This document shows, piece after piece, positions 54,144 through 64,000 of a DNA stretch of 64,000 nt. The stretch's first letter is position 1. Every line of letters starts with the position of its first letter. The translations under genes and the position numbers were made by a program. Source of the DNA: Nemertoderma westbladi. Its lineage: Eukaryota > Animalia > Xenacoelomorpha. The stretch covers positions 67,698-131,697 of the forward strand of contig JAUCBJ010006701.1 of the NCBI GenBank assembly GCA_032718475.1, read 5' to 3'. Under the pieces are notes generated by a model that saw only the letters and a list, made by a program, of their open reading frames with translations, was not told the DNA's origin and ran no database searches.

Positions 54144-54691
54144 TGTGACGGGATCCAAGAGGGATCCCGATTTATCCGGTTGTGGTAATTTAGTCCACGC
54201 GTCCCCGCCGTGTATAAGGGTGAAATAAAGTGACTGAGTTCTGAAGTTCGGTGTATAATAGGATAGTTCATAGGATATAGATATTGTGAATGTGTACAAG
54301 GCGGGATACGGTAACTAAAGTCCCGTGATCCCCTATCTAAACTAATTGGCTATTATCCTACGCTAGCACTGCTGCACTGAGATGACTGAATCACTGGTAA
54401 TAGTTACTGCCAAGTGGCTATACTGCACGGTTGGCCTTACTTACTACCTCAATCGATGCCGTTGCCCCCCTCTGATTGGTTGTTACCCTTGTTGGCGCCC
54501 CGTGGAGTATTCCCGTTCACTCCACCTGTTCTCTCTGGGTTAGGGGTTTGGCCCCTGACCCTCCGTTGTGTGCTTCCTTCCCATTCTTATTGGGATGGCG
54601 CGAGTTGGTTAATTGCCCAATCTCGCGGCTCCCAATATTGCTTATCGGCTAATAACTTTATGGGGTGTTGGCGGGATTGAATAAGCTAACA
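54144..54691 (-). repeat. 5' LTR of A2
   Basis: Homology to the other A LTRs; adjacent TSD. Confidence 0.95.
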
Positions 54692-54696
54692 ATTGT

Positions 54697-56141
54697 CGTT
54701 CCCGTCCGGGTGCTCCTACGCTTCCTTCCTTCTTCCGTTCCTGAATTTGGCGATGTCTTACCTCTAACTGATCCAAATCATGTCCGTCACGAGATCTCAT
54801 TGATCGATCGCGGGCCTTTTGATCCAGATCCTCCTCGGCGTTCGCTAATTCTCTCGCCTTCTTCTCGAGTTCGAAATGAAGTTTAGCTGTCTTCTCTCGT
54901 TGTTCCGTTTGTTGTCGTTGCGCCTCAAACTCCGCTTGTCGTATAGCGGATTGAGCTTTTATTTGCCGTGTTTTCATTTCGGCCCGCGCTTCCGAAACTA
55001 ACCTTTCTCATTCTAATTCCGCCGCTGCCGTTTGTCGCTCTAATTCCGCCGTTTGTCGCTCTAATTCCGCCGCTGCCGTTTGTCGCTCTAGTTCGGCCGC
55101 TGCGTTTCGTTGCGCTAAATCAGCCGCTGCCGTTCGTTGAGCAATGTCTACCTCTAACCTTTCTACTTCAGCTGCTTCTAATTCAGCTTGTTCCTGTAGA
55201 TGAGAGATTCTCGCTACATTCGCAACGCGTAGCTTCTCTTCTTCTACTGCTGCCTGCATCACTAGAAGTTGAGCTTGTTCCTCCATTTCTCGTCGTTGTC
55301 GGTAGAATTCTTGCTGTTTTCGAGCAACTTCTGACGTAACCATACTTCCCTCGCCAATTTCGCTACGAATACTTACCAACGATTGATCCAATATTCCCGT
55401 TGCCGATTCGATTCGTACGGGTGAAGTTTCCCTCGTATATTCCGGCACGGTTTCCAAATCGCCGACGTCTTCGCCGCACATACGTAAGTGATCCGTCAGG
55501 TGTTTCAATTGTCCATCCAGTCGGTACAGTTCCTGTTCTTCCTCGGGTTGTAATAATTCGTCCGAAACTGACTCACCTAACAACTGGTCTGCTTGTTCCT
55601 GTTGTATCTGCCTAATCGTCGACTTAAACTGAATCAGTTTCTCTCTAGCGATCATTAGTTTCTCGAGGATTCTAAGTTGAGTATCCATGTCCTGTCTCTG
55701 TCTAGCTAGATCTTGTAGACCAATTAGGTTATCTACGGACTTGTGTACTCTACTTTGTACTCTAACCTGGAGGGTGTAGAACTCGAATCGAGACATCGGA
55801 GCGGTCAACTCGTTTAATATGCGTTGGCCTTCTCCAATACTCCTGGTTATATGCGCCATGTAACCTCCGACGCTTCTAACCACACTTTCTGTGCTTCCTG
55901 CTGAACTTACCAGGTCCGTTTCCCTGTATCTAGGTTGCGGAACAGTTAGAAAGTCCTCGGTCCTGCCGTCGCCTCGTACTACGGCATCCGGTACTCCCGT
56001 TGGATGTACTGGTGACGCGCACGGTGTAGGTTCGGTAGGCTCGCGAGTCTTCCCCTGTTGTTCTTCCGCTGCTGACTTATCCGCGTCACATGAGTCATAG
56101 TCGGTTTGTGTATTCTTCGTATAGTCTTGTTTGTCACTCAT
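54697..56141 (-). pseudogene. gag: C gag N-terminal coiled-coil part (one in-frame TGA at 55008-55010)
   Basis: 55008-56141 and 54642-54977 share a frame. It joins 40367 in frame (RQ|LVKDLC) after A2 is removed. YMAHITR resembles HAGHITR in B. Confidence 0.85.
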
Positions 56142-58429
56142 TTCGGTAGTTGTAAGTCAAGTAAAGTGAGTGTCAAAGTATCAAACTTACCGTATTTTAT
56201 CTAAACGGTACTAATTACAGTCATATAAAATTAGCCTACCGGCCGATTTTATAGCAGATGGATAAAATTAGCCTAAACGGCCAATTTTACAGCAAATAAA
56301 TGTCACGGAATAAGTATATAATAAAATTAGCCTAGCGGCCAATTTTATAATAAATAAATCGGATAACGATATGCGTTATCAAAAGGTAAATTAAATACAA
56401 TAATTACGGACTAATTCAGCAATGAACAAAGAAATCATACGGAATGCATAAATACTTGAGACAGTGGAACCCACAATAATTTTAACTAATACGGTAATGC
56501 CTAACTTATTTATGCAACTTTTCGAACTCACCCACTCCAATAATTCTCCAGAAAAACAGATTCCCACATACAAACCGGACGTGAACCTTTCCGTTTTCAG
56601 CGTTGCGGACGAAACGCGATTTTCCCAACCAAAGTTGTTGAGTTATCTATCTCCCAAACTTGCTAATCACGGTCTTGCTCCCGTTACAGTCTAGAAATGA
56701 GTTCTGAATCCTGAAAAACAAAAGAGTTAGGTTTTGCTTTTACGAAAATTTTGTACCGGTACAATATGGTATTTAAACCCTTTTAAACACCGGTATTCAA
56801 TTCCAAAAATATTTTACACGCGGTTCAAATCAAATTTTATTTCAAAAAATTAGCACTTAGCTAATCAAATATAAACTTTTACCTCAAAATACAAAATTTT
56901 CAAATAACTTTAGTCCTACCGAACCGTAGTTCAGTAAAACATATTCCTACTATTAGAAGAGATACCGTATTCCTACTAATGCGAAGAGACGGTAACAATA
57001 CCTGCAATATCCTACTGTAAAGTTTGTGAATCAAATCATAAATCCGACCTTCTCACCAAAACAGTAAACTCTAAGTAAGCGAATATATTGCAGTATCGAT
57101 TTCTTATTACCGGTGAGGCAGAAAACAGTTTACGAGCAGACAAACTTCGATAAAACAAAATCCCGCGCAGCGAATCCTAAAATCAGGCTGACTCACTGAC
57201 GGACTAAGAGGCTCGTATACTTTGCCGCGGTGTGATTTATATGGTTGGGCAAAGGGACGCTAGCTAGGTACAGAGGCAGAGATTTGGAGATGTCTAACTA
57301 GCGGGCAAAACACAGTAAGGACGAAAGTTAATTTTATATATTTTGAGGTGTAAATAATTTCTAACGCGCGTGTGTTAATTCTGAACGGTCAAAAGCAGTT
57401 TTGCTCCTTCACATATATAATTACTGGGTACGGTGTGCATTTTACGAATATTCTAATTTTGTAACTTGTAGGTCCAATACTCACGAATGATAAGGTTCCT
57501 TCCCCTCTTGCGTATTTCCAGGACTCAAATTCAGGCATAAGGTTAATGCTACGCCCAGAATTCGGCAATTTTTAATTTACCAGGCCCCTAATACTAAGAA
57601 GAAATGTGTTAGTTTACTACAGTAGGCGTACGGTTACTAATAGCTATCCTGGCTCTTGTCTAGAATTTTAGTCACCTAGGTAGGCTGGGTAACTTCCTAT
57701 TAGGACGTTGGCGGGGACACGGTAGATGTTAGTATATCCCTAATAGCCTCAATTTATTTGCGCCTAGTTGTAAACTGCCCTACCGCCTGAACGGTACAAT
57801 CCCAATTCAGGTGAAACACAACGACCCTCCTAGCCTACAAGTTCTAATGCAATGGACACCGTTGTACTGCAAATAGTCACAGACGCACCTGCACTTAGCA
57901 AGAGTTAGGCGTACAGTTTGCTGCACCCTACCAATGTGTATGCCTTGTACCGGTGTGCCTACGTCCTATCTGCGTACTAGTATCTGCCTGCTCTCCTCCC
58001 CCCGTAGGAATATGAAGGTCTACTGTGGTTTTTTCCTGAATCAAGACAGTACAGTCCCTAAGATGTAATTTTAGGCTCACAGCTTGTCACTACTTCTACC
58101 TTTGATCTTTGGTCTTACGCTTAGGTAGCAAGGCGTCGAACGCTGTCTAACCTTTCAGGCGATGGGCGAATAACTAAGGTGGTATTGCGGGTTGTCTCCT
58201 GTCTACATTCCTTTGATGTTCCCGTTCATTGCTGCGGCCCGATCTCTAGCCGGCCATCCTGTTCCTAAGAGTGTTCACCGTAGTGAATCATGGTGAAAAG
58301 AAAAGCAGATAGCGGTATTTCTGAATTTATTGCAGATAATAATACAAAATGTAATCTGAAAACTAATGACAGAATAAACAAGATTGAGTAACTAATAAGA
58401 TTAGATAGATTGCACTGAGATTGAGAGAT

Positions 58430-58464
58430 TGAGATAACTAATGAACGAAATCGCACCTTTTATA
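58430..58464 (-). promoter_or_regulatory. Putative Pol II core promoter of C (TATAAAA + Inr-like TTAGTT)
   Basis: Minus strand TATAAAA (58464-58458) ~25 nt upstream of TTAGTTATCTCA. The A1 LTR has the same AGTTATCTCA (TCAGTTATCTCA, ~9000-9011). Confidence 0.55.
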
Positions 58465-58670
58465 CCAAATTTGTGCCGCAATCAATCGAGAAATTCTCGA
58501 TTGTTCTATAGGTTCTAACAGGTTTTTAAAGATAACTATTGGTCCAGCGAATATATAACTTGCACGACATTGGTTACAATCTAATAACTACAGTCTCATT
58601 GGTTAATCTAGGTACAGACAAATGCAATTTAATTTGTAGCGGTTAATTTAAATGAGTTGAAATTCTGCAC

Positions 58671-58757
58671 AAAAAATAATTCGCACTTACTAGGATTCGA
58701 ACTCAATACCTACTACACATATAATTTCCAACGCTCTACCGACTGAGCTACTGAACC
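58671..58757 (-). ncRNA. Degenerate tRNA-like Pol III unit inside the C LTR
   Basis: A-box/D-arm TAGCTCAGTCGGTAGAGC, B-box GAGTTCGAATCC, then a T6 run. The acceptor stem does not pair. Confidence 0.6.
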
Positions 58758-58890
58758 ACTTGACTAATAGGCGTACAATAGATATAACAAATACAAATGA
58801 GGACTCAAAGCAATCTTTTACAAAGTTAATTCGAATAAAATAAAAATTTTGAAAATCCACGGCATTTAGAGAATATAATTCTATAGTAAT

Positions 58891-59137
58891 CTATAGGTTA
58901 CTTATAAACAATATCAGGTTTTATGTTATATTTGATAATGTTAAACTAGAAATTTCATACGACCCCGAAATATTCAATAACTGTAAAGTCAGAATAAATA
59001 ATATTGTTGTTGTTTGCTGCTTCTACACTGGTAAATGTACATTAATGTGTTCCCCGTTTAAATTTCATATATATTATCCTATATTCAACAAACTGGTTAA
59101 TAATTTATTATTGTTTGGTGGTGGGTTTTTGATGTAA
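58891..59137 (+). CDS. TBP-like protein, C-terminal repeat
   Basis: In-frame continuation IYRLL...ISYDPEIFNNCKVRINNIVVVCCFYTGKCTLM resembles TBP SYEPELFPGLIYR...LIFVSGKVVLT. Stop at 59135-59137. Confidence 0.72.
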
Positions 59138-59841
59138 AATATAATTAGTGAGAGTGAAATTTATTGTTGTTGTTTGGTGGTGGAGATTTTTTACTGTAAA
59201 ATATATATATTAAATTGGAAGGAGAAGAAATTTATGAATATTTTTTTTTTAAATCAACAACTAGTTGGGGAAATTAACTAACTAACTTCGGTAGAGCGAT
59301 TGCTTGTAACACTCAAGTATGCATAGTATACTCAGAGACAGTAGCTAGCTAGCTAGCTAAGCATCGCAGCTCACGAGTGAGCTACAATAGCGCATCTGTT
59401 ACTTATGAGTGTGTGTGTGTATGCAGCGGGCAACGCTAAGCTTGGTGAGAAAAGTTTAGGGCTATGTACTGGTATTCGTAGTCAAAGTCGAAGCCCACCT
59501 ATCTGTTACTAGCCTGTATACCAGTACATATTATTAAAACATCAGCTATGCATTTCCCTACATTCAGAATAGAACAATGGACAGAGCATATATCGCTAAT
59601 CAGCATGGGAAAGGTTTATGTTCTACATTTTGTTAACTATGTGAATTTTGTAATGTAAACATCTGCGACCCACTACAAAAATATATATAAACTCAATTTT
59701 GTTACCCTACTGTAAATAAAAAAAATAAAATACCGGTATATACTAACTTATATTCATACTTGAAAAAAAAACTAACCTCCAAACTTCAGTTCCGGCGATC
59801 CTTCATTTAATCAATCAATCAACCAACATCCAACATCCAAC

Positions 59842-60192
59842 ATGGCGTTTTCATTTATTGAAAATAGAGATAGCAGCGACTGTTTATTAAAATTTGATCT
59901 TGATGGGGAAGAACTCTATTTTACATCATTAAATGTAATTGAATTATATTTAAAAAATAACAATGGCGAAATTACTATAATGGTTAAGAATAAAACCAGC
60001 GGTGAAGGTCGACAAACTATATTGACAACAAATAAAAACTTTAATTTAAACGTTCGGGTCCAACCAGGAGAAGCTCACCAGATAAGTCTGGATAATTATA
60101 GTAGGGGTGAGCACTGGGAAGAACAAGAAGAAATATCAGTAGCACCTGCTCCGACTCTACTACTTCCAACAGATCCAAGAATACGCCAGTAG
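59842..60192 (+). CDS. Hypothetical 116-aa protein, probably part of the Maverick-like backbone
   Basis: Clean ORF with good start context (CAACATGG) in AT-rich DNA; no motif recognised. Confidence 0.45.
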   Translation: MAFSFIENRDSSDCLLKFDLDGEELYFTSLNVIELYLKNNNGEITIMVKNKTSGEGRQTILTTNKNFNLNVRVQPGEAHQISLDNYSRGEHWEEQEEISVAPAPTLLLPTDPRIRQ

Positions 60193-61196
60193 CAAGTAGA
60201 CTCGTATATAATTAGTCACGTCTGTTAGGTACAGTGTTAATGTGTTACCGGTATCGGTAAGTTTTTGTATTTTATATTTTATATCTAATTAAAAAAAGTG
60301 AATACATAAATAAACTAACTATGTTTTATATAGGCCTACAATATGAAGTGAATGAATGAACTTGTGAGCGGCGAATTTTATATATTGCTAGCCACACCTA
60401 TTGTATCAATGAGCTAGGCGGCTTTCAGTTGAGGAGTAGTCATTAGGCCTATATGCCTAACCGAATGAAGGTGTGCCTGACCGCGAGTTCTAAAGGTTAA
60501 CCGTAAACCATATTGGGTCAACATTCGAAAAAGGGGGGCCGCATAAAGTTAACTATAGCAGTATAGGCTTACCTATGCAACAGTAGTACCGGTACCCCCC
60601 ACAGTAATAATAATAATGTAGATTAGACCAATTAAAGTTGTAAACAGAAAATTGGAAGCATTCAAGTGTAATAGCCTAATCCTTAAATCGGAGAAACCAG
60701 CGTGCCCTTGCTCTATCCAAGTATACAGTTACAAGAGTGATACAGCATCGGTACCAGTAGGTCTATTGTTAGGAGGGCCTCTCTAATGCTGCATTCACGA
60801 ACCACACCACATGTCGAGTTAATTTAATTTTATTACTAGTAAGTAACGCTAAAGCGCTATGGCTGCTGTCAGTCTAGAATGGGATCCATTCTGCTGTTCT
60901 ACAGTTTAGCGTTGTTGTTATATGTCTGTATGTGTAAAGTCAGCTACTGGTAGTTAAACTCAGATACAACAGCCGGCTACCGGTAGGTACGGTGTGTTTG
61001 TGGGTGTAAACCTAAACCCTACATCTTCAGTCAAACTGAAATATAAAAATAGATTTTAATGTTTTTATTATTTTTATTGACATTAAAACAATTATATTAT
61101 CCCATCACATTACATGCTTAGAGTAAACCTACTGTACGAGTACATCTTCCACCGCAGTTATTTCTTTCTGTTTATCAACAGTCTCAGTTAATCGCT

Positions 61197-61676
61197 TCAT
61201 TTCATACAGTTATCCTTTGTGTTTAAGTGGTAAGCGCATTTATTATCTACTGTAGTCAATTGATTGTGGAAGGGGCATGGGGTTAAATAGTTGTAATATC
61301 GTTGATATATTCCCAATTTCTCCATCGAATTTGGAGCAAGTACATCAAGTTGGGAAATTAATATTGCCTGCTTCATCAACCCAAATACATATATATTTTT
61401 TTTATATTTTAAATGTCTCTTCATGTACTTTTTAAAGTCATCTTGTGAAATGTCGCCGTAATCCCAAGGTAAATGTGAAGTCATGTCCCGTAAATTGTTT
61501 ACATGGGCTTTATCTAATGCTGATAACTTAATATTAGGAGGTCCTTTAATTAAAAACGTCTTTATATTAGTTTTGGTGTAATTAGAATCGAATATAGCAA
61601 ATTCTTTAAATACTACCGGATATTCCTTATTGTCTATCGTATAATATTGAAAATCAACAAAAATAATATTATCCAT
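61197..61676 (-). CDS. Small DEDD/RNase H-fold nuclease-like protein of the kind seen in Mavericks/Polintons
   Basis: IFVDFQ...VFKEFAI...HLPWDYGDI...IYVFG..K...CPFH...CA pattern. Confidence 0.6.
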   Translation of the reverse strand: MDNIIFVDFQYYTIDNKEYPVVFKEFAIFDSNYTKTNIKTFLIKGPPNIKLSALDKAHVNNLRDMTSHLPWDYGDISQDDFKKYMKRHLKYKKNIYVFGLMKQAILISQLDVLAPNSMEKLGIYQRYYNYLTPCPFHNQLTTVDNKCAYHLNTKDNCMK

Positions 61677-61769
61677 TTTATCTGATAATATATTTAGATA
61701 AACAAAAGTTAAATGATTAATTACAACGCTTGTTGGTTTATTTTATAATAATTAACAAGCCATTTATAT

Positions 61770-63932
61770 ATTAATGTGCCAATCATTAATGTTTGTGTCC
61801 TTCATTAATGTTTGTGTCCCTCATTAATGTTTGTGTCCCTCAGTAATGTTTGTGTCCCTCATTAATGTTTGTGTCCCTCATTAATGTTTGTGTCCCTCAT
61901 TAATGTGCCAATCATTAATGTTTGTGTCCTTCATTAATGTTTGTGTCCCTCATTAATGTTTGTGTCCCTCATTAATGTTTGTGTCCCTCATTAATGTTTG
62001 TGTACCTCATTAATGTTTGTGTCCCTCATTAATGTTTGTGTCCCTCATTAATGTTGTGTCCCTCATTAATGTTTGTGTCCCTCATTAATGTTTGTGTCCC
62101 TCATTAATGTTTGTGTCCCTCATTCATGTTGTGTCCCTCATTAATGTTTGTGTCCCTCATTAATGTGCCAATCATTAATATTTGTGTCCTTCATTAATGT
62201 TTGTGTCCCTCATTAATGTTTGTGTCCCTCATTAATGTTTGTGTCCCTCATTAATGTTTGTGTCCCTCATTAATGTGCCAATCATTAATGTTTCTGTCCC
62301 TCATTAATGTTTGTGTCCCTCATTAATGTTTGTGTCCCTCATTAATGTTGTGTCCCTCATTAATGTTTGTGTCCCCCATTAATGTGCCAATCATTAATGT
62401 TTGTGTCCTTCATTAATGTTTGTGTCCCTCATTAATGTTTGTGTCCCTCATTAATGTTTGTGTCCTTCATTAATGTTTGTGTCCCTCATTAATGTGCCAA
62501 TCATTAATGTTTGTGTCCCTCATTAATGTTTGTGTCCCTCATTAATGTTTGTGTCCTTCATTAATGTTTGTGTCCCTCATTAAAGTTTGTGTCCCTCATT
62601 AATGTTTGTGTCCCTCATTAATGTTTGTGTCCTTCATTAATGTTTGTGTCCCTCATTAATGTTTGTGTCCTTCATTAATGTTTGTGTCCCTCATTAATGT
62701 TGTGTCCTTCATTAATGTTTGTGTCCCTCATTAATGTTTGTGTCCCTCATTAATGTTGTGTCCTTCATTAATGTTTGTGTCCCTCATTAATGTGCCAATC
62801 ATTAATGTTTGTGTCCCCCATTAATGTTTGTGTCCCTCATTAATGTTTGTGTCCCTCATTAATGTTTGTGTCCCTCATTAATGTTTGTGTCCCTCATTAA
62901 TGTTTGTGTCCCTCATTAATGTTGTGTCCTTCATTAATGTTTGTGTCCTTCATTAATGTTTGTGTCCCTCATTAATGTTTGTGTCCCTTATTAATGTTTG
63001 TGTCCTTCATTAATGTTTGTGTCCCTCATTAATGTGCCAATCATTAATGTTTGTGTCCTTCATTAATGTTTGTGTCCCTCATTAATGTTTGTGTCCCTCA
63101 TTAATGTTTGTGTCCCTCATTAATGTTTGTGTCCTTCATTAATGTTTGTGTCCCTCATTAATGTTTGTGTCCTTCATTAATGTTTGTGTCCCTCATTAAT
63201 GTTGTGTCCCTCATTAATGTTTGTGTCCCTCATTAATGTTTGTGTCCTTCATTAATGTTTGTGTCCCTCATTAATGTTTGTGTCCCTCATTAATGTGCCA
63301 ATCATTAATGTTTGTGTCCTTCATTAATGTTTGTGTCCCTCATTAATGTTTGTGTCCCTCATTAATGTTTGTGTCCCTCATTAATGTTGTGTCCTTCATT
63401 AATGTTTGTGTCCCTCATTAATGTTTGTGTCCCTCATTAATGTTTGTGTCCCTCATTAATGTTTGTGTCCTTCATTAATGTTTGTGTCCCTCATTAATGT
63501 TTGTGTCCTTCATTAATGTTTGTGTCCCTCACTAATGTTTGTGTCCTTCATTAATGTTTGTGTCCCTCATTAATGTTTGTGTCCTTCATTAATGTTTGTG
63601 TCCCTCATTAATGTTTGTGTCCCTCATTAATGTTTGTGTCCTTCATTAATGTTTGTGTCCCTCATTAATGTGCCAATCATTAATGTTTGTGTCCCCCATT
63701 AATGTTTGTGTCCCTCATTAATGTTTGTGTCCCTCATTAATGTTTGTGTCCCTCATTAATGTTTGTGTCCCTCATTATTGTTTGTGTCCCTCATTAATGT
63801 TGTGTCCTTCATTAATGTTTGTGTCCCTCATTAATGTTGTGTCCTTCATTAATGTTTGTGTCCCTCATTAATGTGCCAATCATTAATGTTTGTGTCCTTC
63901 ATTAATGTTTGTGTCCCTCATTAATGTTGTGT
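61770..63932. repeat. Minisatellite, 19-bp unit TCATTAATGTTTGTGTCCC with an interspersed 15-bp variant TCATTAATGTGCCAA
   Basis: Directly visible; more than 100 units. Confidence 0.97.
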
Positions 63933-64000
63933 GATGAATTATTTCACTATAAGGTAGCATTTGTAGTTTAACTTTAGCGTAAAAACTTTGAAAATCCGAC

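Larger units (their letters stand above)
40368..54691 (-). mobile_element. Full-length BEL/Pao element, family A copy 2, inserted in C gag
   Basis: TSD ATTGT at 40363-40367 and 54692-54696; two TG...CA LTRs. Confidence 0.96.
27948..58885 (-). mobile_element. BEL/Pao LTR retrotransposon, family C (contains A2)
   Basis: TSD GTAAT at 27943-27947 and 58886-58890. Removal restores the TBP-like reading frame exactly. Confidence 0.9.
56951..58885 (-). repeat. 5' LTR of C (~1.9 kb, TA...TA termini)
   Basis: Left end shared with 27948 and with C1; right end defined by the TSD and the restored host ORF. Confidence 0.88.

Noticed and set aside
58681-58757. Functional tRNA gene or element-encoded primer tRNA
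   Set aside because: The acceptor and anticodon stems do not pair, and there is no complementarity to the C PBS.

Overview
This is eukaryotic DNA: a nest of BEL/Pao LTR retrotransposons inserted into a decayed Maverick/Polinton-like element. The backbone, recovered by removing each insertion at its target-site duplication (TSD), is a pPolB C-terminus (9306-9696 + 27520-27677), an overlapping TBP-like gene (27655-27947 + 58891-59137), an unknown ORF, a Maverick-type DEDD nuclease ORF and a 19-bp satellite. Three BEL families are inserted, labelled here A, B and C. A1 (1399-9305) is itself interrupted by a C-family LTR. B (9697-27514, TSD CAGTA) carries an RTE-like LINE with a 47-bp TSD. C (27948-58885, TSD GTAAT) carries full-length A2 (40368-54691, TSD ATTGT). 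Two features stand out. First, all three families carry an extra sense ORF after pol that encodes a WRN/Mut-7/RNase D-like 3'-5' exonuclease, with CCHC knuckles where the C-terminus is intact. Second, none has a tRNA primer-binding site (PBS): the 9-11 nt after each 5' LTR are complementary to a segment inside that family's own LTR, suggesting tRNA-independent self-priming that may be linked to the exonuclease. All family assignments come from visual motif recognition, not database searches.
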